Positions 1 to 12,836 of a stretch of DNA of 64,000 bases are shown here, piece after piece. Both the position numbers and the translations under genes were made by a program. Under the pieces are notes generated by a model. That model saw only the letters and a program-made list of their open reading frames with translations, was not told the origin of the DNA and made no database searches. How positions within the stretch are numbered: the stretch's first letter is position 1; the number at the start of each line of letters is the position of its first letter. The stretch is from contig CDMY01000708.1 of NCBI GenBank assembly GCA_001179505.1, positions 226,408-290,407 of the forward strand. Direction: 5' to 3'. This DNA is from Vitrella brassicaformis CCMP3155. Taxonomy: Eukaryota; Protista; Chromerida.

Positions 1-919
1 ACAGGCAGGCCGACAGGCAGACAGACAGACCGGTACAGACACAAGACAGCCCGCCCGAATAGTCGCGTGTCCGCCCTCTGTGCAGCCTATCGAGGGCGAC
101 AGACACGCACACCACACCCTCTCACCGAGTCGACTCGACTCGGCTCGACTCGTACGGTAGACAGACAGACCGACTCGCTCACTCACTCTGCTGGCTCTTG
201 ACGGCGTCTGGTGTAGCTTGCCGACCGACCCACTGACTGACTGACTCGGGCCGGGGTCTTATTCGTTGGTTGACAATGTTCCTTCCTGACTGCCTGGCTG
301 GCTGCCTGGCTGGGCTGCCTGGCTGGCTGGCTGCCTGGGTTTATCCAGCCATCTTTGCGTGTCTGTGTGGACGGACCGGCCCATACCTTACCTTCCCGAA
401 TGTGTGTGAGCGTGGGGGAGGGAGGGTGGCTGGGAATGCAATGCGCCCGTGCGATGAATCAATGAATGAATGCGTTCATGCCTTTATATTATATAACGGT
501 CCGTCATGAGACACACACACACACACACATGGATTGGTTTCACGTAGCAAGCAAGCAGCAACCGTCCGTCTGGTTGTGCAGGTGCCCCTGCCCTCTGTCT
601 GCCCGAGTGCCGAGCTTGTGTGTGTGTGTGCCACCGACACCAGATGTTGGAATGGCGAACGGCAAGGCACTCGGACAGCCACAGGGCAGCGGGACACGAC
701 ACACGCGCAGACAGACGACACACACAGAGATGCTGTGCTGTGCTGCTACCTACCCTACACTCAGACAGACAGACAGACACCTAGCAGCCCCTCGACGGCA
801 GAGCTCAGCTGCACACAGCCGACAGACAGATAGATGAGATGGGTGGCTGGCTGGATGGACACGCACCACTTCACGGAATGCACCAACCGGCCCCGCTGCC
901 TCGGTATGATTGATGTTCG

Positions 920-951
<32 letters not shown>

Positions 952-1350
952 CGTGCGTTGCGCTAAGGACACCGGACACCTCTCTCTGTCGGTCTGTTTC
1001 TATCTACGTGAATGAAATGATGACATGTCTGTCCATCCTGACGGTCCGTGTGGCCCACCCAACACGGACCACCAGCAGCTGAGCTAGCCACGCATGGATC
1101 CGATCCGTCCAGGCAACCAAAACACCAACCAGCGCACACAGGTACAGACAGACAGACAGGCAGGCAGGAAGGTAGCATAGCATACCAGACATACACCCAC
1201 TTCAACACCACTCACTCACGCCACACCACACCCCACCCCGGCTGGCTAAGCACCTCACTCACTCAGGCCCCTCCCCGTCATCCCTCTCTCTATGCTATGC
1301 TACACATCACATCCACCCCCGTCGGTGTGTGAGTCGACCCATCTGTCTAT

Positions 1351-1585
1351 CTATCGCCCCCCATACCCCCGCCCTCTCTGCATGCCGCCCCTGCCGCGCA
1401 TCATCATTCCGCCCCCGCCCCCGCCGCCCCGCTGGTTGCTGTAGGGGTTGCCCGCAGCAGCACTGGCCGCCGTGGCGTGAGTGGGGCGGTCGTCGCCCGA
1501 CCGCTCCCACACATCCTCGTCTGCCGTCTGGTACACGGTGCCGTCACGCTCCAGCGCCTTGAGCACACCCACCACACGACTCCCT

Positions 1586-1620
<35 letters not shown>

Positions 1621-2736
1621 AGAGAGAAAGGAGGGATCCACACACGTGTGCTCAAGCGTGTCCAGTGTTGTGTTGTGTTGTGTAGTGTAGTGTATGTGTT
1701 CAACCTCGCTTAGCTTACGGTTCATGCCGCTGAACTGGCTGGCCAGCTGCTGGACCATGCTGTCGACGTGCACCTGGCCTGCCTCAGGGACCAGGATGTC
1801 CAGCAGGGCCGCCTGCACATCCGGGGGGTTCCCATACGGCAGGCCTCGAGCCGCCCCACCACCCGCTACCCCGCCCCGCCCGCCCGCACCATTCATCTGA
1901 GGGCCCGTACCCATGCCACCGCGGCCACGGCCAGGAGGAGACGGTCCGCCGCGGCCACCACGCTGCTGCTGCTGCATACCGCCTCGCCCGCCCCCGCCCC
2001 CGCCGCCGCCACCCCCTGCTGCTGCTGCCGCAGCTGCCGCTGGCGCTGGGTCTGGTTTCTTGTTGGGGTTGTTTGGGTGTGTCTCCCACTGGGACCGAGT
2101 GATGGCGTGGTCAGGGCATGTCATCTGCACGTGGACGTGGGCGCACTCGACGAGGTGGTAGCCGACGTCGGTGATGTCGTTGTTGGGGACGGGGCGGATG
2201 CTCAGCAGCTGCAGGTAGGTGTTGCCCGCGCCACCGCCCCAGCTCTTGAGTGTCCCCACACACCGTACCAGCATCGTGTCCTCCTCGATCTGCTTGGCCT
2301 CCTCGCCGTCCGACGACACGAAGCGCTTGCCCTGGACGAGGGCGCCCGTGTGGTCGTCGAGGGTGTATGTGATGTGGTTCTGGTCGCGCTTGATCTGCCG
2401 CACCACGCCCACGATCTCGAGGATGGGGTCGCCCTGCACCCCGTTGATCTCGATCGCCTGGTCGGTCGCCTGGGACCGCTCCACCGCCTGGTGCACCATG
2501 GCACACGTCACAGGGATCCACCCCGACTCACGTCCGTCGCCACCACCACCACCACCCCCTCCGCCGCCGCCACCATACCCACTGCTGCGGCCGCCCCCTC
2601 CCCCTCCCCCCTGCTGGTAGCCGCCCTGCTGTGCGCTGTCGTCGTATCCGCCGCCTCCGTAGGCGTCATAGCCGCCTCCTCCTCCGTCACCTTGGTCGTC
2701 GTCATAGCCCCCGTACGTGTCGCCGAAGAAGGCCAT
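1351..2736 (-). CDS. RPA2: Replication protein A 32 kDa subunit (RPA2/RPA32-like): OB fold plus C-terminal winged helix, with Gly/RGG-rich extensions; 2 exons (intron 1584-1718)
   Basis: Gly-rich N-terminus; OB-fold core 'WIPVTCAMV...LEIVGVVRQI...ITYTLDDHTG...VRCVGTLKSW...LQLLSIRPV...YHLVECAHVH'; wH-like 'VVGVLKALERDGTVYQTADED'. An in-frame GTAAGC...TCAG intron with a (GT)n tract is present. Confidence 0.8.
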
Positions 2737-3280
2737 GAGATCTGTGGGTGGGCAGATGGGCGACAGACAAGACGAAGTGGATGCATGGGTTGAACCAGCC
2801 TTGTGCGTGTGGCCAGCCAGATGTGTTCGCCTTACTTTACTGGAGATGCGATGCTGGCGCAGATAACGAGAACGAGTCCTCGTCAACACGCACGCGGCTG
2901 GTGCGCAAAGATCTGTGGGCAAGAGAGAAGCCACAGAATGCAGGATGGATGGATAGATAGATCTGCTGGTGGGTGTCTTGGCTCGCTGCTCATGCATTCC
3001 TTCCTCCTCACCTATGCGGTCGGTATCAGCGAGATGCAGCCAAGTACTTTTGAGCGCAATGGATGCTGCAGCTGCAAGTTCTTGTCTGGCGGTCCCTCTC
3101 TTATCGCCCTGCGACGCACAAGCTACCGGCCTGGGGCCGATCCGGTCGGATTTGCGCGCTACAGATTTGTGTGACGCTACAGGGATGAAGCACATGCAAT
3201 CAAACCTGTACAGGTGTTATGGGTCAGCCTCTTGAGATGGCATAGAGCCATGTCCTCAAGAGCCTTCCCTCGTTAGCGTG

Positions 3281-6057
3281 ATGAGCAAGAGGACCCGAGC
3301 CTCCCCAGCGTCACAGGTAAGCCACGCCGAGGCCTGCTGAACCTACGCATGCTATGCTGCTCTCTCTGTCGCAGGGGCTTGATGATCTCACGGCACGATT
3401 CTCCCAGCTGGCAGGGCTGCAGCAACGCGTCGCCGAGCTTCACCGCAGGGTGAGGTGACTGAACCGACACACACACGAATCCATGCATGGATCTGTGTGT
3501 TGCGCGCAGGTAGAGAGGGTGTTTGAGCTCAGGGCGGCGAGAGATAACTCGTCTGAGTCAGATGTGAGAAAAGGCGAAGCAGCATGACGCCCTGCACACT
3601 CACTCCTCGGATGCTTGCCTTGTCACTTCTCCCATCAGCATCTCAGTGGCCAGTGTGCAGTGCTGCTCAGCCTGCTCAAGACAATCGCTCACACCGATAG
3701 CTGCGCCCAGACGGCATCGCTGATCCGCCTCGCCCACACCAAATGCGACTTCATCTATGCCACGCTGCAGCGACCGGTGCACAGCACACACCCTCACACG
3801 ATGACCTCTCGCACACACACTTGCCTCTTGGCTCTGTGGGTGTGCCAATCAGTCGTTGTCGGCTTCCCCGCTCATCATGCTGCCCGAGTCATGCTTCAGC
3901 GACCACATCTGCCCTTTGATCGGCACACGGTCTACCCTCACCGACCTCGCCCCCTCGTACCCATCCCTCCACACCATCTCCCGCAAACCAACCACACACA
4001 AGATGCTGCACCTGGGCACCGACTCTGCCAGGGTGATCGAGATGACCCAGCGGCAGGTGGCCGTGTGGGGTGCGGCATTCAGCAAGGCCAAGCGAGCCTT
4101 CATGGAGTGTGCTCCTTCCACGGGGGTGGTAGAGCTGCTGGAGCGGGCGAGCATCTCGCTGGAGGAGCTCGAGGCGTGGTCGGATGGCGAATCAGTAGCC
4201 CACCGCCTCGAGCCGAAGCCGCGAGAGGGACGCGGTGAGATCGTCTTCCCCGTGCTGACACGCGTCAAGCTGGCCGGTTGGTGGATCCGTGTCGCCGACA
4301 ACCGACGGTGGATGCCAACGTAAGTGGGGGAGGGCTTGGGCGGAGTAAAGGGCACGCTGCCATGTGTGCATGCCTGTCAGGTCGCTGGTTGACGTCCATC
4401 TTCGCGATATGGTTGTCCAGAATGATGACGTTGGTGCATGGGACGAGCCAGAGAAGTGCTCTGGCCAGCATTCTTCTAGCTGCAAGAGCTGGCTGGCGGG
4501 CACAGGGCCTCATCGTGTGGTGCTCGAGGTCGCACCCGATGAGGATGGGCGGGAGCTGGCGTGGCAGCTGGAGGACCTTCGCTCCCTCGTCAAGCCATCC
4601 ATCAAGTGGGAAGAAAGGAGGCAGGACAATGCCGGCGTACGCATTCATCCCTGAGTCACGGCACTGCTTGTCATTCCAGGCAACTCAAGGGTGTGCGGTG
4701 TCGTCCGGGTGTCCACTCGACCCGGCAGGAGCTTGCACGTGTTGCCAACGTCACCCTGCAGCTGGAGGAGCTTGGCGTTGACACCAACGAAGACGATGAA
4801 GCCACCGATACCGAAATGTTGGAGGTCAGGAAAAGGAAGCCATTCGATGCCTAAACCCTTGATGTGCCACCGGAATGTGCGTCGTATCAGGTTGTAGAGC
4901 GGCTTCGGTCCTCATGGCTGGCGCCAAGCGGAATCATCACCTTCAACTGCCGCCCAGGTGTCTCCTTCGACGTCCTGATCGGGTTGCGGCGGCTGGGGGA
5001 CTGCCCCTCCTGGGCTGGCACCCTCACCCATCTGGCTTCCCTCGTCACACGTGTGCAGTTCCCCTCTGCTCTGGCTGCAAGCTTCTCTGTGTCGTATTTG
5101 CTGCCTCAGCTCGTATTTTCGCGGGCTGAGAAGCTAGTACTGTGCAACGTCGCGGCTTCGGCTGGCTCTGAGCCTCTCCCCCTCCCTGATGTGTTCTTAT
5201 CCCACATATCTGATGCCCACTTCCCTCGGGTGGCCACACTCGACCTGTACCAGGTAGTGGGGATGAGACAGGAGGCAGTGGGCAAGGCGCTAGACTTGAA
5301 GTCGATCAGAGAGGTGCAGTTTGATAAGAGCTTTGATCAGAGGGCACGGCTTTTTGTGCCGTTCTTCTTTCCCCACTGCCTGGCCACGTGCAGCCCGACG
5401 GGCCCGCCTCTTCACATCAAACCCCACTTTTACTCGGGTGATGTGAGCGTGCTTACGGGTGTGTGGTCGCTGTGGGAGGGAGGGACAGGGGCAACTAGCA
5501 ATGGGCATCAGCGAGGCTTAGAAAAGCGCGTTCAGAAGATTAGCGTGAGTGTGCAGTGGTACGACACGAGAAGAACAGTGTACAGGTGCGACAAGAGAAA
5601 GGAATCTGACGAGAGTGAGGATGAAGGCAGCGATCAGGGAGAGGATGGCGGGGTCTTTCCGGTGTGTCTGCACGCCATCGACAAGTGCCCCCTCCTTGAC
5701 TCGATCGTCCTTCAGCGCAGTTTCCGTAGTTTGTCTGTCGACGAGCTAGGAGCCAGCCCTCAGCCAGTGAAGAGCCAGTTGCTGTCAAGTGGTTTCGTGG
5801 CTGTGCAGACAGGCCATGACAAAGTGGAGCTGTATCGCGTGTTTGGCTGCCTGTTCCCCCGATGGCTGGCTGCGCATGTTTCTGCCCTCTCCCCGTGTGC
5901 CATTTTCGCCCCTCGCACGACTATGGATGATGCCGTGTCGCTGCCGGAGGCCCTTTTGGCTCATCTTGGCCTCCGCTTCCCTCGTTTCATAGCCCGTCAC
6001 CTCAGCAGTGAGTGGCAGACTGCCCTGAGACAGGAGGTGTTTTCCAGGTGGCAGTAG
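3281..6057 (+). CDS. Multi-exon hypothetical protein: N-terminal coiled coil, possible F-box-like segment, long terminal exon (4891-6057)
   Basis: In-frame GT-AG joins give MSKRTRASPASQ|GLDDLTARF..|VERVFELR..|HLSGQCAVLL..; the segment 'PLIMLPESCFSDHICPLIG' (about 3866-3925) is F-box-like; 397-aa terminal ORF. Middle junctions are only approximate. Confidence 0.55.
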
Positions 6058-6237
6058 GGGCTGACTAGTGTCTGCGTTCGTGCGTTAGCGCATGCATGAA
6101 TGGATCTGATTAGACAAATGGTGTCTTGTGGTTGGTACACAAACCTGAATGATTCCTTCGTCCATAGCTCTCGAGCGATGAGTTCGATCCGCAACAAAAG
6201 CTCGTGGCCTTAAGGAAGGAGAACGCCTTTTCCGCAG

Positions 6238-7079
6238 ATGCGATGGGTTAGCGGCCTCTTCTGCGCATTCGGCCTCTCAGTGGCGGATGCATTCCTTCCC
6301 GCGCAGCCGCACATCACCACACACCATGTGCAGCATCATGCCAGCCGCCGCCTCGCCGTTGTCAGAGCTGCCACTGGCAGTGGCGACAAGAAGACACTCG
6401 AGAGGGTCCTGATTCGGCAAGGCGATGAGTCAGATCTGTCCAAGATCCGCCTCGTGTTGGCTTCACAACTCATGAAGTGAGCGGATGACAGAGCACAAAG
6501 GCTGCGTGACGTCTGCTGTATAGAATGAATGTGTTTGTACTGTGCAGTCCTTTGTTCTTGCAGGCTGAGAGGTTTGTGTGTGCCGAGATGGATGGGCGGC
6601 TGATTGGCTTTGGTCAGGTACGGCCGCTGGATGGCGGCGGGGGCTCTTTCGAGGTGGCATCGCTGTTTGTCGATGAAGCGGAGAGGGGCAAAGGTACGCC
6701 ATGAGGCCATGCAGCATGAGCCGTGTGTGAATGCTGCTGCGTGTGTGTCATTCACTCACTCACTCGGTCAGGCATCGGCAGCGCCATCGTGAGGCGTCTG
6801 TTGGAGCGGCATGGCGCCAAGGGCACGCTGTACCTACTCACATTATCCAAGACGACGCCATTCTGGTATGTGCTTGCTCGATCACAGAGGACAACAAAAC
6901 GCACGAGTGGCTTGTTATGTGTGTCTGATTCGGCAAGGGAGCGATTTGGTTTTCGCTTGGTGGGGTCAGACGAGGACGCTTCTCTGCCGGCACTTCTTCG
7001 GTTGGAGCGAAGTGCTGGGACTCTCGTGGCTGGGGGACTGCTGGGGCAGACAGTGGTGGTCATGACAAAGGATGAGTAG
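6238..7079 (+). CDS. GNAT-family N-acetyltransferase with bipartite plastid-targeting leader (copy 1); exons 6238-6476, 6548-6693, 6772-6865, 6938-7079
   Basis: Spliced product 'MNPLFLQAERFVCAE..IGFGQVRPL..EVASLFVDEAERGKGIGSAIVRRLL..LYLLTLS..PFWERFGF' contains acetyl-CoA motif A (RGKGIG). Signal peptide ends at 'ADA|F', followed by a transit-like region. Confidence 0.85.
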
Positions 7080-7221
7080 GTGGAAGAGACAGTGAGTAAG
7101 CAACGGTCAGATGCTTGTCGTGGGGGCTTATGTGACGTGTGACTCATTCACCTGCGGTCGTCATGTCTGTGTACGCATGTCACGTCCAGACCTTTCTTAC
7201 TCGTGGCATTCATTCGTTCGA

Positions 7222-7403
7222 CCGTTAACGAGGCGCTTACTGATCCATCCATCCATCCATCATGCACTTGACTTGCAGAGCATCCATGTAGCCTGTCTGT
7301 CAATCGACAACCGCTCACTGTTCGGTTGGCCTCGGCTGCATGTGCCGCGATCGCCCTATCAACCCATCCACACTCACGGAAGCCGAGAATGACCGACCAG
7401 CAA
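7222..7403 (-). repeat. ~180-bp dispersed non-coding repeat, copy 1 (reverse complement of 20452-20625)
   Basis: Long near-identical stretch 'caatcgacaaccgctcactgttcggttggcctcggctgcatgtgccgcgatcgccctat...ggaagccgagaatgaccgaccagca' matches the reverse complement of the 20.5-kb copy. Confidence 0.85.
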
Positions 7404-7840
7404 AAGCCCACCTATAAACACAGCACCTATCTGCCACAATCTCGACACTCGCACCAGAAAAAGGAGTGGTGTCCGATTTGGGATGAGTCAGTTGGAGGGG
7501 TAGCTTGATAGGCAACTTGATAGGCAGAGAGGCCCGATAGACACGGGCCAGCAATCTGACCCTGGCGTGCAATCAACGGATCTGACGGGAGACTCATGAT
7601 AAATACACACACACACACACACACACGCGGACCGACTACGGCTGACCTATGAATCCCTCGCCTCGTCAAGATGCGTCAAAGGCCAAGGGCCACAAGAAAA
7701 ATACACTGACTGCACACTGAACTATTGACTGTACACTGAACTATCACAAGAATCAATCAGTCACAAATGCTACACACCGTGTCGCCTGCCCACAAACTCT
7801 TTCATTGGCCCCCCCCTGATACAACCACCCACCCATTCGC

Positions 7841-8110
7841 TCATGCACATGGTTTGCCCTCGCAGAAGCTTGCACAAATGCCACTGCATTTGAGCCTATC
7901 ATTCTCTGAAGCGCACTCTCCTAACAGCACGAGTGCGTCACACATCTTGCAGTAACCCGCACGGTCCTTCTCGAACTCCGGGCACCCCGTGTTGGTCCGC
8001 TGCTCTGAGTTGGCCTCTGAGAGGGCCACAAAAGAGCCGATCACTTTCGGATTCGCCAGAGTCTCCTTAGCTTTAATGCCTAACACGCGCTCTACATGCG
8101 CGCACGCATG

Positions 8111-8145
<35 letters not shown>

Positions 8146-11100
8146 GGGTGAAAGCATATAATTAGATCCTTCACGCCTTACCACTTCGTACCATGGTTGT
8201 TGTCGTTAGTATGTTGCAGTGCTCGTGGAGAGGCCCCATCTTCAGCCTCTTCTGCCTGTCCTGGTGTTGCGCTGCCAACAGGCGGCCACTGCAATACCTC
8301 GATCATGTCTGCCTCAGGTTCTTCAACTTGACTATCAGAGCCCCACCTGCCACACAGCACCCACACAAATGAGGGACTCGTCCTATCTATGGACTTGCCT
8401 CTCTCCGCCCACGTACATAAATGCCGCACACGATGGCACGTCCAAGTGGATGCTCGCGTCGGAGGCCATATCGTATCGACCCAAGCCGTCGACCGCCGTG
8501 AGATTGACATATGTGTGCAGTGGCTCGATCAGCCCCCAATTCCGTGAAGACACCTCCGCCTCGACGCCGAAGCGATTGGCAGCAAAGAGAGAGAGGCGGC
8601 TCTTGTGGGGACTCTTGACATCATAGTCGATCACCAGCGTGGCGGGACGGGCATCCTTCACGTCGCGCAAAAAGTCGGTGAAGGTGCGATAAAGGCGGGC
8701 GGGGATCTGCAGGGTTCGCAGGGTGGCGCCGTTGCTCTGAGTAGGCGCCAGCGCACTCAGCCACACGCACTGGCGGTTGAATGTGCGGTCGCTGCCCTCA
8801 TTAATGGCCGGGCCCGAACGTGGCGGCACTGCATCGCCAAATGCCGCAGGACACTGTCGGATCCACAAGGGAACATCACAGTCGTCCCGGATCATGACCT
8901 TCTGGATGCCCTTCCAGACGTTCTGATGAAGGATCCAGCTCTCGCCCTCCCACTCGGCCGTCACATGGTCGATCACATAGTCTTCCAGCTCATCCGTCCT
9001 GGGCGACTCTTCCGCAGCCACCACAAACGCCTGCTGAGACTTGGCATTATCCTCGGTCTTGGGCTTGGTCATGATCGTCTTCAGGGCCTGAACGACGATA
9101 GATGCACAATAATGTTCGCGGCTATGTTTCCGGTTTCGCCTGCCTCACTGACCGTGTATGAGGCAGCTCCGCTGGAAGTGTTTCTGAAGACCTCGATACG
9201 GTAGCGCGGCGCCGCCGTAGTGCTGTCGGCCTCCTCCTCGGCACTGCTCATCAGGTAGAGCGTACAGTTAAGCATCATGAACTTCGGCTCAGACCCTGGT
9301 GAACCCCTCTTCCCCCGACACACGTTGCGCTTGGAGTCGTAGATGGGCTCGAGGAAGACCCGCAGGTCGTTCGGTGTTCCGGTTCTCTGCCAGTTCGGGT
9401 CGTCGGTCTGCGCCGCCAGCGAGAAACACGACACAGCAACGGTCAGAAGGTGCTCTCGCTCTCTGTTCAGTGAGGAAATGTGCTGTCTTACAATGGCTGC
9501 CCCCCATTTCGCGGTATCATCCTGCAACCGGCGGGCATCAGATGCAGACGACCCGCTCGTTGTTTCGTCATCTGCCCTGAGCAAGCGAAAAACGGCCTCC
9601 TCCCCTTCCAGAGTCAAATCAGCGTGCAAACCTGACAAACAAGAAGCATGAATGACACACCATATTGTGGTTCATTACATGAGCCCACCCATGTCCACAC
9701 TTTCTTACCGGTCAGGGGGATGTTGCCGAAGTTGTCTGAGCCATTGAAGTAGACGACGCTCTCATTGTACTTCTTGTACGCATCCTGTTTCCATTCATCC
9801 GTTCATCCGTTCATCGTACACTGACTGTGCTTCTTGTACCTTGAAAGAGAAGATCTCGAGCTCGTCAGCCGGAATCACCCGCTCCACCTCGGCCTCCACA
9901 AATCGCAGCAGTGAGCCCATGTCCACCGGATTCGCTATCTCACGGCTGAACAGCGACAATTGGCGTCCTCGCAGACTGTCATCAGTAGCCTTCCGGGTGG
10001 CCGTCCGGATGCGGTCGACCTCCTTTGTTCCGACGCAATCGTGCAGTCGTTTGGTCAGCGTCTTTTGGCTTTGAGAGAAGGAACCGCGGAAGTCCAGTAT
10101 CTTATAGAGATCCACAATGGCTAGAGTCATGAGGCGCTGGTTGCGAACGTAGTAGTCCATCGTCGCCATGGCGATCTTCTTGGCGTACTCGAATGGCGGC
10201 GTCGCCTGGCCGTTTGGCTGTGTGGGTCTGAGCGACGTCCAGTCCCAGCCAGCGCCGCTGATGAGGGTCTCGCTCCCTGCACTCATACATGAAGAGGAGA
10301 ACGATGGTGATGTCAGACGATGTGCTGTGTGACTGTCTGTTTAATGATATACGTGGGAGTTACCCAGAAAGAAGTGTCCGTGGGATGCGAGGGCCGTTGT
10401 GACTTCGTACGACGCCATCAGGCATGCGTCGAATGAAAGCAGGTCGAAGCGAAAGTCTTCCGGCATGCCCGCGTCCTTAACGCCGTTCTGGGACAACAAG
10501 ACAAGTCCAGTGACGGTCTCTGGCGTCGGACGGTCTGTATCGCTTACTCTGATGTTCGTTTCTAGAGCCCAGAGGTTCATCAGCGAATCCCAGTTGCCGT
10601 GGCTAGAATCGCCGCCGAAACTGCACACCATCCACACATGCCTCTCGATACGCGCCTTGCCGTTCACCGTGATTTACCCTTTCCGACCGACGCCATGATC
10701 CCAAAAAGTGAGCGCGTAATGCTCTGCAGGAAAGTCCTTCAACGCATCCGCGATGAAGTCCTTCATATCACACACACAAGCAAGGAAGGAAGGAAGGAAG
10801 GAATGGGCACGTGCCGATGGGTTGTCATCTCGCTCACCCGCAGCACTTTGCCGTCGTCCATGTTGCTTTCGCCCCAGTCCCTTTTGAGCAGCCAGCGACG
10901 CCGGCTGGTGCTGTTCTCGTTCTCGTACGGGTCGCCGATCATCAAGAGCTCGTAAGCCCCGGAAAACTGCTGCCTCACCTGAACGAACCGTCGCCATTCA
11001 AATGCAAAAGATGACAGGCATCCATGTTCGTTTTTCATATGAGGATGGGTGGACGTGCGTGCATACATACCTCTCTGGCATTGACCTCTGGGGTCGCCTC

Positions 11101-12836
11101 TGGACAGATGACCATCTGGTGGATCGCTCTATGAGACGAATCGTCCACCTCAGGGTCGGCGCGGTCGACGAGCACCAGCAGGTTGATGTCGCTCTTGGGG
11201 ATCTGCAGCATCTCCTTTAAGTCACTCATGGCGTAGCCCTCCAAGTTGTTGTCCTGATGGCGCGTGCGCACACACATACGCACACACACACAGACGAAGA
11301 ACGAGCGTCGTCTCCCTGACATGGCGTTGTTGGCGACGTCCGTCTCACTTACCGCGTTCATATACACGAGATGCGTCCAGTGTGCCTTCCTCATGCTGCC
11401 GAGGCGCTCCGCCACCCCCGTACAGAAAGTGGGCGGCCTCAGCTGGTACGCCCATGCGGGACTGTCGCATTCAGGCAATCTATACGAGCCACTTGCCGAC
11501 TGGTCGGCACAATCTTCCTTTGAGTGGATCCGGCACGCGGGCTTATCGTCTGACGACCGCTTCCGGCACTCGTTGGTACACCGGCATCCACCATTGGTGA
11601 AGACCTGCTCGATGCCCCCCTCGACGCACGCATCGTAGTACTGCCCAAAGGTGGGCCCCAGGCACTTGCATGGGCCCTTGTCGCAGTCCTCCTGCAGAAC
11701 GGTGCAGAAGCGCTCCAGACCGGGGATGTCGGCGCCCTCCTTCTGGCAGCTCCTCTCGATGCATACACAGCCGGTGAGGGAGAACAAGACGGTCCGTGCC
11801 GCGCACTCGTCGGGCTCGCACGTCTCCACGCCGAGCTGTGCTGCAGGTGCTGGTGGGTCAGCTGGATCTTGGACTGGTGGGTCAGCTGGATCTTGGACGG
11901 GGGGGAGCTGTGCTGGATCTTGGGGGGGGAGCTGTGCTGGATCTTGGACTGGTGGGTCAGCTGGATCTTGGACGGGGTCCAGTGCTGACGATGGTTGGTA
12001 CCGACCTTGGAAGCACTCGTCGTTGTCTCCGCGGACGTAGTTCTCTGCACACACGCACTTGCCCACCCCGCTGCCGGCGCCCCGCTCGCCCTCGGGGATC
12101 CGCTGAACCTGCACACACACACACACAGACCAACGACACACACAGACGGACATCCATGTGCGCATCTCTTTGTGTGTGTGGTTGGTTTGGTCCTTTACCT
12201 CGCAGACTTCGTTCTCCTCTTCTGAGCATTCGATCGTCGAACACAAAGACTCACAGCGACCGAACCTGCACACAGATAATACACAACACACGGACATGCC
12301 TCCATGCAGTCCATTCATCCATGTGTGGGTATGTGTGAGCTGACCCGTCGTCTTGCGATTGGCAGGTCTCGTTCCATTTGCAATATGCAGCCAGACCAGT
12401 GCACTCTAGACCTGCACACCATCACACAGACACACAATCTCACCCACATCCGAGTGTCCTTTTGTCACACGCACCAGGTTCGCAGTCGCCGCCGTCGAAT
12501 TCGCATTCATAATTGTAGCACTCAAAGTCGCACACCGTGTCATTAAACCACTTCAAATCACGGCAATCCCCAAAGCAGCCGGAGGGAATCGGCGATGCTG
12601 GGGCTGACACACCCAACACACACACACACACACACAGATGCATGAGTACGTGTACTTGCCTGTGGGTCTGTATTTGTGTATTTCGTACCTTGCAGCCGCC
12701 GCCTGCGCTGTGTGATCTTCCTCATGTGACTGCTGCCACCGCCCCGCCTGGCCTGTCTGCCCGGCATGCACACGACCAGCAAGCCGAGCACAGCGATGCC
12801 ACACACAACAACCGAAAAAAGCACCAGTCGCGACAT
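7841..12836 (-). CDS. Multidomain clostripain-family (peptidase C11) cysteine protease: signal/anchor, LNR(Notch)-like, EGF-like/Cys-rich, Pro-rich repeat, C11 domain, long C-terminal region, Cys-rich tail
   Basis: Spliced motifs 'WTHLVYMNA|DNNLEGYAMSDLKEM', 'LLVLVDR', 'PAEHYALTFWDHGVGRKG|FGGD' (His at 10695-10697) and 'FDLLSFDACLMASYEV' (Cys at 10422-10424). LNR-like 'CDFECYNYECEFDGGDC'; hydrophobic N-terminus. Junctions I checked stay in frame to a TGA at 7841. Confidence 0.85.
11845..11985 (-). repeat. Coding tandem repeat (P)VQDPA(D/QL)PP, about 5 units, inside the C11 gene
   Basis: Repeated 'gctggatcttggac/ggg' units translate as PVQDPADPPVQDPAQLPPQDPAQLPPVQDPADPPVQDPADPP. Confidence 0.9.

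Noticed and set aside
1768-2793. 341-aa plus-strand ORF and other ORFs overlapping RPA2
   Set aside because: Antisense or alternative-frame shadows of GC-rich coding sequence.
11845-11985. Regular direct repeats resembling a CRISPR array
   Set aside because: In-frame coding Pro-rich repeats without unique spacers, in a eukaryotic context with no cas genes.
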